The notes beneath the pieces are model-generated. The model saw only the letters and a list, made by a program, of their open reading frames with translations, had not been told where the DNA came from and did not search any database. The position numbers and the translations under genes are program-made. From Anaerolineae bacterium (GTDB lineage: Bacteria > Chloroflexota > Anaerolineae > JBHIEC01), in assembly GCA_046760425.1 (NCBI GenBank), contig JBHIEC010000003.1, positions 1-38,440 on the forward strand: a stretch of 38,440 nucleotides of DNA. The letters run 5' to 3'. Shown here in pieces: positions 17,933 to 27,200 of the stretch (its first letter is position 1; each line of letters starts with the position of its first letter).

Positions 17933-18544
17933 ATGAGCTTGAAAGAGAAGTTGATGGACGATCTGAAGCGCGCCATGCGGGAGGGGGACGAGCGGCGCAA
18001 GATGACCATCCGCCTGGTGCGAGCCGCCATCGCCAACGCCGAACAGGCCAGGAGGACCGCCTTCGTCCAGGCCGAGGTGAAGAAAGGCATCCAGGCCAGA
18101 AAGTCGGAGTGGGCCAAGGCCCACGATCCGGGCAAAGCCAAGGAAGCCCTCGAGAATCAGTTGACCACGGAGTTGGCGGAGAGCCTCAGAGATGAGGACT
18201 TTGCCCTGGGCGACGAGGACGTGCTGGCCATCATCGCCAAGGAGGCCAAGCAACGGCGCGACGCCATCGCCGAGTACAAGAAGGGCGGCCGCCAGGATCT
18301 GGTGGAGCAGGAAGAGGCGGAGCTCCAGATCCTCATGGAGTACCTGCCCCGACCCATGTCGCGGGAGGAGATCGAGGCCGCCGCCCGGGAGGTGATCGCT
18401 CAGGTGGGGGCTACGGGCCTGGCCCATATGGGCCAGGTGATGCGGCCCCTTATGGCCAGGCTGAAGGGCCGGGCCGATGGGCGGCTGGTCAGCGAAATCG
18501 TGAGGCGCTTGCTCGCGGAACAAGGGGGATCAGGTGGGGCATGA
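17933..18544 (+). CDS. yqeY: GatB/YqeY domain protein with ~50-aa insertion
   Basis: MSLKEKLMDDLKRAM, KEAKQRRDAI, YLP..MS.EEI, MGQVM and GRADG motifs. Confidence 0.85.
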   Translation: MSLKEKLMDDLKRAMREGDERRKMTIRLVRAAIANAEQARRTAFVQAEVKKGIQARKSEWAKAHDPGKAKEALENQLTTELAESLRDEDFALGDEDVLAIIAKEAKQRRDAIAEYKKGGRQDLVEQEEAELQILMEYLPRPMSREEIEAAAREVIAQVGATGLAHMGQVMRPLMARLKGRADGRLVSEIVRRLLAEQGGSGGA

Positions 18545-18577
18545 GGGGCCCCCGCTCGACTTATCTGAGGATATAAC

Positions 18578-20770
18578 ATGACCCTGAAGGGGGAGGGTGG
18601 TGCCGGGAGAGTGGTTCCACCCTCTTTTCCACGCGGAGCTACGTGGTGGCAGGTGGGAGGAGCCCTCCTGTGGGGCGCCATCCTGGTGGCTGCCCTGACA
18701 GCCATCCAGGTCTTCCCCCTCCTGCCCAGCCCGCTGCGCCTGAGAGAGGGAGAGGCCAGTCCCCAGGACATCCTGGCCCCCCGTAAGATCATCTACGAGA
18801 GCCAGATCCTGACCGAGCAGGAGCGGGTCAAGGCCGAGGCGGCGGTGGCGGACGTGTATGGCCCACCCGATCCCCGCGTGGCCCGACAGCAGGTGCGCCG
18901 GGCCAGCCAGGTGCTGGACTACATTGATGCCCTGCGCCACGATCCCTACACCAGTCCCGAGGACAAGATGGCCCTCATAGCCGCCATTCCCGACCTGGAC
19001 CTCTCCCCCACGGTGATCAGTCACACCCTCCTCCTGGACGATCAGGCCTGGCAGGCGGTCAGCGCTGAGACCCTGTACGTCCTCAACCAGACCATGCGGG
19101 AGGAGATCCGCGAGAACCAGGTGGCGGCGGCCAAGCGCCGTCTGCCCAGCGCCATTGATCCCACCCTGCCCGAGGATCAGGCGGAGATCGTGGCTCAACT
19201 GGCCCAGAGCTTTATCCAACCCAACAGCTTGTACAACGCCGAACAGACCAGGGCCAACAAGGCGGCAGCGCGTCAGGCTGTGGCGCCGGTGCGCCGCACC
19301 ATCGAGCGGGGCCAGGCCATCGTGCGGGAGGGGGATATCGTTACTCCGCTGGAGCTGGAGGCCCTGGAGGAGTTGGGGCTGCTTCGGCCTGAGTTCGAAT
19401 GGCAAGAGGTGGCCAGCACGGGCCTTCTTATGGCCATCATCGTCTTCGTCCTGGGCCTGTACCTCCTCCGTTTCAGGCCCGGGTTCTGGCTCAACCAGCG
19501 CTATCTGCTCCTCTTCGGCCTTCTCCTCCTCCTCTTCGCGGCCCTGGCCAAGCTCATGGTGCCGGGCCATGTCCTCTTGCCCTACCTCTTCCCCGCCGCC
19601 GCAGCCTCCATGCTGCTCACCGTGCTCCTGGGCCCCCAGTTCGCCGTGGCGGCCGCGATCCTTCTGGCACTGGTGGTGGGTTTCCTGGGCGGCGGTTCCC
19701 TGGAGTTGATGGTCTACGCCCTGGCCGGGGGGGTGATCGCTGCCCTCAGCCTGTGGCGTGTGGAGCGGCTGAACAGCTTCTTGTGGGCAGGGGTTTACGT
19801 GGCCCTGGCCAATCTGGCCGTCATCCTGGCCTTCATCCTGCAAGGCCGGGATTACGACACCCTGGGGTTGATCCAGTTGGCTGCTGTTAGCGTGATCAAC
19901 GGCGGTTTGGCCGCCGGCCTGACCATCGCCGGCTATCTCGCCCTGAGCAACCTCTTCGGCATCACCACCTCCCTGCAACTGATGGAGCTGGCCCGCCCCA
20001 CCCACCCCCTGCTCCACGAGCTGCAGATGAAGGCCCCTGGCACCTATCACCACAGCATCCTCATCAGCAACATGGCCGAGCAGGCGGCTCAGGCCATCGG
20101 GGCCGACGCCCTCCTGGCCCGCGTGGGGGCTTACTACCACGACATCGGCAAGACGCTGCGGCCCTACTTCTTCACCGAGAACCAGATAGACGGGGTGAAC
20201 GTGCACGAGCGCCTGGACCCCCAGACCAGCGCCCAGATCATCATCTCCCACGTCGCCGACGGCCTGGAGCTGGCCAGGAAGTACGGCCTGCCCCGTAAGA
20301 TCCGCGATTTCATCCCCCAGCACCACGGCACCCGCCTGGCCTCCTTCTTCTACCAGCAGGCCCGCGAGAATAGCCAGGAGGCCAACGAGGTTGATTTTCG
20401 CTACCCCGGCCCCAAGCCCCAGACCCGCGAGGCGGCCATCATGATGCTGGCCGATGGTGTTGAGGCGGCCGTGCGGGCCAATCGGACGGACTCGGCTGAA
20501 GAGATTGACCAGTTGGTGCGCAAGATCATCCACGAGCGGATGATGGAGGGCCAACTGGACGAGTGCGATCTTACCCTGCGCGATCTGGACCGCATCCGGG
20601 AGGCCTTCGTGGGCATCCTGCAGGGCATCTACCACCCCCGCGTCAAGTACCCCGAGGAGAAACCCGCCCCGCCTGAAGATGGTGCCTTGCCACGCCCGCA
20701 ACAACTACCGAGCCGAATTCGGAAGGAGCGTGGCAACGCGTCAGAGGCCCCGCCCCATGAACAGCCTTGA
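18578..20770 (+). CDS. 7TM-HD (HDIG) phosphohydrolase, PgpH-like cyclic di-AMP phosphodiesterase
   Basis: Large extracellular domain, 7 TM, APGTYHHS, YYHDIGK, HHGT, FRYPGPKP and MLADGVEAA motifs. Confidence 0.9.
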   Translation: MTLKGEGGAGRVVPPSFPRGATWWQVGGALLWGAILVAALTAIQVFPLLPSPLRLREGEASPQDILAPRKIIYESQILTEQERVKAEAAVADVYGPPDPRVARQQVRRASQVLDYIDALRHDPYTSPEDKMALIAAIPDLDLSPTVISHTLLLDDQAWQAVSAETLYVLNQTMREEIRENQVAAAKRRLPSAIDPTLPEDQAEIVAQLAQSFIQPNSLYNAEQTRANKAAARQAVAPVRRTIERGQAIVREGDIVTPLELEALEELGLLRPEFEWQEVASTGLLMAIIVFVLGLYLLRFRPGFWLNQRYLLLFGLLLLLFAALAKLMVPGHVLLPYLFPAAAASMLLTVLLGPQFAVAAAILLALVVGFLGGGSLELMVYALAGGVIAALSLWRVERLNSFLWAGVYVALANLAVILAFILQGRDYDTLGLIQLAAVSVINGGLAAGLTIAGYLALSNLFGITTSLQLMELARPTHPLLHELQMKAPGTYHHSILISNMAEQAAQAIGADALLARVGAYYHDIGKTLRPYFFTENQIDGVNVHERLDPQTSAQIIISHVADGLELARKYGLPRKIRDFIPQHHGTRLASFFYQQARENSQEANEVDFRYPGPKPQTREAAIMMLADGVEAAVRANRTDSAEEIDQLVRKIIHERMMEGQLDECDLTLRDLDRIREAFVGILQGIYHPRVKYPEEKPAPPEDGALPRPQQLPSRIRKERGNASEAPPHEQP

Positions 20771-21236
20771 GCCCCCCTCTCTCCACTTCGACGTTCAGAT
20801 AGACCCCCGCTTCGCTGACCAGGTGGATAAGGAACGACTGCGCCGTCTGATAGCCAGAGCCCTGGCCGCCCTGGGGGTGAGCGGGGAGGTCGAGCTCAGC
20901 CTGGTGATCACCGGCGACGAGGAGATCCGGGCCCTGAACCGGCGCTATCGGGGCCTGGATGCCCCCACCGATGTCCTGGCCTTCGGCCTGGCAGAGGCAG
21001 ATCAGGGCTTCGTCCTGCCTCCCGACACCCCTCGCCATCTGGGCGACATCGTCGTCTCCTACCCCCGCGCCGTGGCCCAGGCCCAGGAGGTCGGCCACCC
21101 CCCAGCCCGGGAGCTGGACCTCCTGGCCGTGCATGGGCTCCTGCACCTCCTGGGCTACGAGGATGAGACGGAGGAGGGAAGGGCGGAGATGTGGAAAAAG
21201 CAGAGGGAACTGCTGGGGGAAGAGGGAACAAGGTGA
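20757..21236 (+). CDS. ybeY: rRNA maturation endoribonuclease YbeY
   Basis: LNRRYRG.D.PTDVLAF, LGDIVVS and HGLLHLLGYED motifs. Confidence 0.92.
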   Translation: MNSLEPPSLHFDVQIDPRFADQVDKERLRRLIARALAALGVSGEVELSLVITGDEEIRALNRRYRGLDAPTDVLAFGLAEADQGFVLPPDTPRHLGDIVVSYPRAVAQAQEVGHPPARELDLLAVHGLLHLLGYEDETEEGRAEMWKKQRELLGEEGTR

Positions 21237-21610
21237 TGCGGAGCGCGAATCTGCTGGACAGTTTTCGGCACGCCTTTGCGGGGCTGGGGCATGTGCTGCG
21301 GACGCAGCGCAACGCCCGCATCCACCTCCTGATCGCGGTGGCCGTCGTGGCCCTGGGGCTGGCGCTGGGCCTGAGCCGATGGGAGTGGGCGATCTTAGCC
21401 CTGACCATCGGCTTCGTCTTCGTGGCCGAGCTGTTCAACACCGTGGTCGAGGCGGCCGTTGACCTCGCCTCCCCTGAGATCCATCCTCTGGCCAGGGTAG
21501 CCAAGGACGTGGCGGCGGGGGCCGTCCTGCTGGCGGCCATCGCCGCCGTGGTCATCGGCCTGCTCATCCTGGGGCCCCATGTGGTGCACAGGCTCTTTTC
21601 TGTGGTTTGA
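21236..21610 (+). CDS. dgkA: Diacylglycerol/undecaprenol kinase
   Basis: SFRHAFAGL, ELFNTVVEAAVD and AKDVAAGAV motifs. Confidence 0.92.
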   Translation: MRSANLLDSFRHAFAGLGHVLRTQRNARIHLLIAVAVVALGLALGLSRWEWAILALTIGFVFVAELFNTVVEAAVDLASPEIHPLARVAKDVAAGAVLLAAIAAVVIGLLILGPHVVHRLFSVV

Positions 21611-21622
21611 AGGGTGATGCTT

Positions 21623-23341
21623 CTACGGGCAACTCGCACATTGGATGGGATTGGGGAGCGGGAAGCCGCCTGACAGTGGGGTGCCCTGATAGCCTTTGCT
21701 CAGATCGCTGAAGGGGATACCAGAGGTTCTCTCCACCACGAGCACGTCAATAGCCGGGGAACCGCCACATTGCCAGGTTACTATCCCCGAACCCACCCAA
21801 CCTATGGGCAGGATATGTACGTTATCCATATCCACCAGATCCACGCTGTTGGGTCCAATGGTCTGGCAGATGCTGTCAACCAGCCCATTGGCATCGAACA
21901 GGTCGAGGCGCACAGTGGCATCCCCTAGGTTCGCGGGATTGATGTTCTGGATAAGGATCTCTGAGCTGCGGGTTATGCTGTCGGGAAGCGGGATCGGCCC
22001 CTCTTTGACCAGGGAAGGCAAGGCCACCGCGTCTACACCTAACACTTCCTTCTCAGGGAAGGCGTTGTAGCTCACCGCCTGTCTGGTCAGATAGTTCACC
22101 AGATTTACCACGGAGAAGACCTCCGGTGCCTCAACGAGGAAGCCCCCTGGCGATAGCCAGGCCTGAGACTCCACCCTGACCGCACCCGCATAATGCCTGG
22201 GCAGGTTGGCGAGGACCGGTAGAAAGTAGGTTCTGGAGCCTTGGGGGCAGATCCAGTCCACGATGCTGGTGATGATCCCCCCGCTGTTGTCCAGGAAATA
22301 GACTTTCACCTTGGCGTTGAAGGTGCGGCTCAGATTCTGTACCTGGACGCCAGAGTTCCAGCCCTCGAAATCCTTGTAGATCACGGGCGCGTGGTTGACG
22401 GTGGATCCCAGGGCAGCCGGCAGACCGTGATAGGTCATCAGCACATCGCCCGGGGCGTTCTCCTCATCCACGATCACCCCCAGCGGCTCCGGAGACCTGA
22501 GCCAGGCTGAACCCACCCCATTTCCTCTCATGATGCTGGGGATGACCGCCGTCTCACCGGGCGCGAGGAGGCCGATGATCTGCGACTCGCGCTCCAGGCA
22601 CTCGTCCTGCCTCTGGAACCAGACCTCTACGTAGGTGCAGGCGTCTCCGGAGTTTTGGGCATAGATGGTCGTCTGCCAACGGGTGGGGTTATAGGTGTCG
22701 AAATTCAGGGGCGCGAAGTAGGTAAAGGTCCCTGTCTCATCAGGGACGCCCTCCATCTCCTCCGTGAGCCCGCTGTAGGCACTGGTCCTGGGAAACTCGC
22801 CAGGTTCCCCTATCTGAAAGCGGGTCACCGTCACAGCCAGAGGCTGTCCTCTGGCCCCGTCAGGGTCGCCAAAGGTGAGGTCAGGGCTGGCACCCGAGTC
22901 CCACTCCCTCTCCCACTCAAGCCACTTGAAGGTGTCCCCCAGGGCATCCCTGGCGGCCTCACACGCTGCGAGGGCTCGCTCCGGTGCCACGGAGTAGACA
23001 ATCCCCGACATGGAGTCTTCCCCCACATCTCTCAACGTCCAGGAGAAAGAAGTGCCGGGCTTGACGTTGATGGAACATTGGGTGATGATGGGGCCGGGGC
23101 TGCCGGCCTCACACTTCCCGGAATATGGCTCCCACAGGAACAGGATGACCCGGGTGGGGGTCACCCCCACGTTCTGCACCTGGATCTCGGTCTCCCATCC
23201 CTCGTTGGCCCAGATGACGGGCAGTTGAACCCTGGTGCCGGGGATGGGATCAGCGGAGACGGTGTCCACTGTAGATTGGGCGCCCACCATGAGGCCCAGG
23301 AACAGGGCCAAAGCGAAGGCAAAGCTGTATATCCTTTTCAT
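21623..23341 (-). CDS. Secreted Cys-containing beta-rich repeat protein (surface/S-layer-like)
   Basis: Signal peptide MKRIYSFAFALALFLGLMVGA; repeated W.(T/S).I.(V/A)QN units; GGGAGG RBS. Confidence 0.8.
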   Translation of the reverse strand: MKRIYSFAFALALFLGLMVGAQSTVDTVSADPIPGTRVQLPVIWANEGWETEIQVQNVGVTPTRVILFLWEPYSGKCEAGSPGPIITQCSINVKPGTSFSWTLRDVGEDSMSGIVYSVAPERALAACEAARDALGDTFKWLEWEREWDSGASPDLTFGDPDGARGQPLAVTVTRFQIGEPGEFPRTSAYSGLTEEMEGVPDETGTFTYFAPLNFDTYNPTRWQTTIYAQNSGDACTYVEVWFQRQDECLERESQIIGLLAPGETAVIPSIMRGNGVGSAWLRSPEPLGVIVDEENAPGDVLMTYHGLPAALGSTVNHAPVIYKDFEGWNSGVQVQNLSRTFNAKVKVYFLDNSGGIITSIVDWICPQGSRTYFLPVLANLPRHYAGAVRVESQAWLSPGGFLVEAPEVFSVVNLVNYLTRQAVSYNAFPEKEVLGVDAVALPSLVKEGPIPLPDSITRSSEILIQNINPANLGDATVRLDLFDANGLVDSICQTIGPNSVDLVDMDNVHILPIGWVGSGIVTWQCGGSPAIDVLVVERTSGIPFSDLSKGYQGTPLSGGFPLPNPIQCASCP

Positions 23342-23429
23342 CGGTAGTTTACCTCCCTTTCCCAAGATTGTGTTGGCGCGCATAACCGCAGAGTTGAGCC
23401 ACATCGCTCTCCTCCTTTTCCCTCCGGCC

Positions 23430-23648
23430 CTAGGCAATATACTTCCTTCGGCCCGAGGAGGAATCTGCACTCCCCATCACCTCTTGGATGAAGGCGATCA
23501 GGGTCTTTATGTCTCTGAAGTATCGTTTCTTTCGGCTCTGGACGTGCTCGATGCTGCCCCGCCATTCGGGGGTTTCCCCCCGTTTTTCCCGGGGCTCCTG
23601 CCAGAAGCGAATGAAGAAAGAAGCGTACTTCTCCTGGCTGAGGCTCAT
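23430..23648 (-). CDS. Small conserved-looking hypothetical protein (SFxxRxW...WRGSIEHVQ...RYF) next to a BTAD regulator
   Basis: Strong RBS AGGAAGGAGG; 72 aa with a beta-rich pattern. Confidence 0.7.
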   Translation of the reverse strand: MSLSQEKYASFFIRFWQEPREKRGETPEWRGSIEHVQSRKKRYFRDIKTLIAFIQEVMGSADSSSGRRKYIA

Positions 23649-23903
23649 CGCTTCCTCCTTCCTATGGCTTGATGTCGCCGAAGTCCAGCCGCGTCTGAGC
23701 CGCCCCGGAGAGGGGAGAGCCCCGACTTAGTGCTGTTTCACGCAACAAAGTTATGTGAATGGCATTAGCAAAGGGGCTTCTCCCCCTTCTCCGGCGCCCT
23801 GGCGCACTGTCCCGTCTCTAAAAGCGGTTCCCCTCGATCATGACCTCCCCCTCCTTCTGCTACTGCTTGCCCTTCACAGGGCGCTGTCCAATTCTCTGGC
23901 AGC

Positions 23904-23957
23904 AGTATACAAAACAGGCGTCAAGGAAGTGTCAGGGGAGCGTCAAGGGAACGTCAA
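23904..23957 (-). promoter_or_regulatory. SARP-type activated promoter: four TGAC-core direct repeats at 11-bp period, 8 bp from the -10
   Basis: Plus-strand GTCA at 23920, 23931, 23942 and 23953. Minus strand TTGACGC (23918-24)-8 bp-TATACT (23904-09). Confidence 0.7.
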
Positions 23958-23999
23958 AAAGGGGGTAGAAGGCCATCAATTGGGGGGAAAAGCGAGGGA

Positions 24000-24131
24000 T
24001 TAGCTACCAGACAGTTTACCGAGCAGTACCCATTTTCGCTACAAAGTGGCGTCCCCGCCACGTCCGCTGCGCTGTAAAACGGGGTGAAAGAGCGCTTCGC
24101 CTTGCCCCGTGAAAAAGTGTCAGGTAGCTAC
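24000..24131. mobile_element. 132-bp MITE with 14-bp imperfect TIRs and a 9-bp target-site duplication
   Basis: TTAGCTACCAGACA...TGTCAGGTAGCTAC (12/14 match), flanked by AGCGAGGGA at 23991-23999 and 24132-24140. Confidence 0.7.
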
Positions 24132-24140
24132 AGCGAGGGA

Positions 24141-24180
24141 AATAAAGAAAGCGCCGCCAAGCGCATCGGCTTGGCGGCGC
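24141..24180 (-). terminator. Intrinsic terminator of the BTAD regulator gene
   Basis: 12-bp GC stem GCGCCGCCAAGC/GCTTGGCGGCGC followed by TTTCTTTATT on the minus strand. Confidence 0.8.
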
Positions 24181-24222
24181 GATAAGGTTCTGGACCGTCA
24201 GAAAGGCGTCAGGATCAGGAAC

Positions 24223-27200
24223 TCAGATTGATTCGTAGACCTCCCGGGCACGTTCCAGCCGGCCCGTAGCCTTGGATCGGGCGAAGATCTCTATGGCCCG
24301 CGAGAGCTGTTCTCTGGCCCCTTCTCCATCTCCCTGTTCCTTGAGGGCCAGGCCGTACTCGTAGCAGCTCTTGCCCAGTTCATGCTCGTTGGGCAGGCTC
24401 TCAAAGATCTCGATGCTGCGAGCGAAATGAGCTTTGGCCTTCTCCCACTCCCGCTGCCCCAGGGCGGCGATCCGGCCCAGCACACGATGGGCTACGCCCA
24501 CGAAGACCTCATTGCCCAGTCTCTCGGCGATTTCCAGAGCGGTTTGGCCATGGGCCTGGGCCTGGGCCACGTCGCCCAGGGCCAGATAGACCTGGGCCAT
24601 GATACGGTGGGCTTCTGGCAGCAGCCATTCAGCCTCGATGTCCTGGCAGATCCTCACCGCTTCGCTCAGGTGCTGGAGGGCCTGGGCATAGTCCCGCCGG
24701 TGATAGAGGATGAGCCCCAGGTTGGTGCAGGAGATGGCCAGGCCGTAGATGTCACCAATCTTCTTCTTGATCTCGAAACCCCGCTGGTAGTACCTATTGG
24801 CCTGATCGTAGTCGCCACGGTAGTAGTGGACTACCCCCAGGTTGTTGTAGAGGGTCGCCCTGCCCAGAGCATCCCCCAGTTCCTCCTTGAGGGCCAGGCT
24901 GCGCTGGAAGTGCTCGATGGCTTGCTGGTAGTGGCCCTGATAGAGATAGGCCGACCCCAGGGTGTTGTAAGCCCAGGCCAGCTCACGACGGCCATCCCCG
25001 CCCTGAGTCAATCTCTCGATGGCCGCCAGATTATGCTCGCAGAGCTCGATGGCCTCCCCATACCGCCCCTGGCGGATGTAGATCAGGGCCCTCCCATCAT
25101 CAAGCCTGGCCATCTCCAGGGAAGGGCCGTCAGTGGCCAGGATCTCTTTCCCCGCCAGCAGGTGGCTCAAGGCCAGGTCGTACTGGCCGCTCCTTTCATA
25201 GACCCGCCCTATCTTGCGCTGGATCTCGGCCGCTCGCCGCTTGCCCAGCCGTGAGCCGTTGCAGTCCAGCACCGCCTGGTAGCTCTGGACGGCCAGTTCG
25301 TGCTTGCCCAGCAGGGTGTAGACATCCCCCAGTCCCTCGTAGATGGTCGAGAGATCCTCCGCCTCCTCGGCCAACTGCAGAGCACGCTGATAGTGTTCGA
25401 TGGCTTTCTCGTTGGCGTAGAGGGTTCTGGCCTTGTCGCCGGCCCGGATGGAGTAGGTCAGGGCCTTGTCCCGTACCCCACCCTGGGTGAAGTGATAGGC
25501 CAGGCGGTCAACCACCTCGTCCAGGCGATCCTGGTACTCGGCCTCCAGGGTCTCGCCCACCCGCTGATGCAGCCGCTGGCGCCGGGCCCCGCTCATGCTC
25601 TGGCAGGCCACCTCCCGGATCAGCTCGTGGCTGAATTCGTATTTGCTGCCCCTCACCCCCACCTCCACCTCGCGGATCAACTGAGCTCCCAGCAGGCGGT
25701 CGAAGGCGTCCAGGGCTTCCTCCTCTTTCTGACCGCTGGCCTGCTTGATAGTGGAGAAGTAGAACTGGTGCCGGGTGACCGCTGCCGTCTCCAGGGCCTG
25801 GCGGGCTCCCTCGTCCAAACGATCGAGGCGGCTTTGGATGACATCCCGCACGCTGGCCGGGATGGGGAGCTGGGCGTACTCGGTGACGAAGTCCTGCCAG
25901 TCGGTGGTCCAGCCGTGCTCATCCTGGCGCAGGAGGCCCTCCTCGAACAGGGAGCGGATAACCTCGATGATAAAGAAGGGGTTGCCCTCTGTCTGGCTGT
26001 AGATGCGACGGCTGAACTTCTCCCCTCCCGTGGTCATACCCGCCATACCCCGAATCATGGCCGTCACCGCCTCCAGGGGCAGGCGGTCCAGGGTGATGAT
26101 GGACAGCAGACCCTCCTGCCTGAGGTTGCGTACCAGACTGGTCAATGGCTCCTGGGCCTCTTCGCTGCGGTAAGCCCCCAGGAGGAGCACCCGCTGGCGA
26201 GCCAGGTTACGGGTCAGATAGTGAAGGAGCTGAAGGGTGGCCGGATCGGCCCAGTGGAGGTCGTCGAGGAAGAGGATGGTTGGGCGCTGGCGGGAGAGGC
26301 CGATCAGGAACTGGGTCACGCCTTCGAAGAGACGGCTGCGTTCCTGGGCGGCATCGAGGGGCACGTTCAGGGGCAGGTGGGGCAATCGCTCCCCCAACTC
26401 TGGTACGAGCCGGCTTACCTCCCGCAGCCACAGGTGGGAGATGGAGAGGGCATCCAGGTCTATGGCTGGCAAGACGCTGCGCAGGGCGTCCACCAGAGGC
26501 TGGTAGGGTTCCATCACCTGGGACTCATAGCAGCGCCCCATCAGCAGGTGGATATCCGGCCCGGCCTCTTGGATCACCTCCTGCACCAGGCGGGTCTTGC
26601 CGATGCCCACCTCGCCGACGACGAAGACCAGCCGCCCTCGGCTGCGACGAGCCTCCTCCAGGTAGCCGGCCAGCCGGGTATACTCCTCCTCTCTGCCTAC
26701 CAGAGCCGCGCGCAGATACTCCGGTTCAGGTCGGGGGGCGAGGAGGGGGGGAGCAGGGGGCCGTTCCACCTCAGGCGGCCCTCTCACCACCTCGACCCTG
26801 GAGGGCACCACCAGTTCCTGGCGCAGGATCTGCTCGTAGAGTTCCGTCGTCTCCGCCAGGGGTGGAATGCCCAGCTCCCGCTCCAGGATCTCCTGGCAGG
26901 TCTCGTACTGGCGCAGGGCAGCGCTGCGATTGCCGGCGGCGTAGTAGAGGCGCATCAACTGCCGGTGGACATTCTCCTGCAGGCTATCGTAGCTCAGAAT
27001 CTGGGCGGCATAGGCGATGGCCTGCTCGTACTCGCCCTGCTGGCTGTGGTACTGGCTCAGCTCCGCCAGAGCTCCCAGGTACGCCCGCTGCAGGCGATCC
27101 CGCTCGAAGAAGGACCAGTCGTCGAACTCGTAGCTGTCCTTGAGGGTGAAGCCTTCTAGGAAATCCCCTCGGTACAGCTCGACGCAGGAGGCAAGGTCGG

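Noticed and set aside
17933-21610. yqeY-HDIG-ybeY-dgkA as a novel system
   Set aside because: Well-known conserved gene order; only the YqeY insertion is unusual.
24000-24131. Multi-stem structure as a riboswitch (c-di-GMP or c-di-AMP)
   Set aside because: Conserved aptamer motifs are not found, it lies upstream of the predicted promoter, and the 9-bp flanking duplication favours a MITE.
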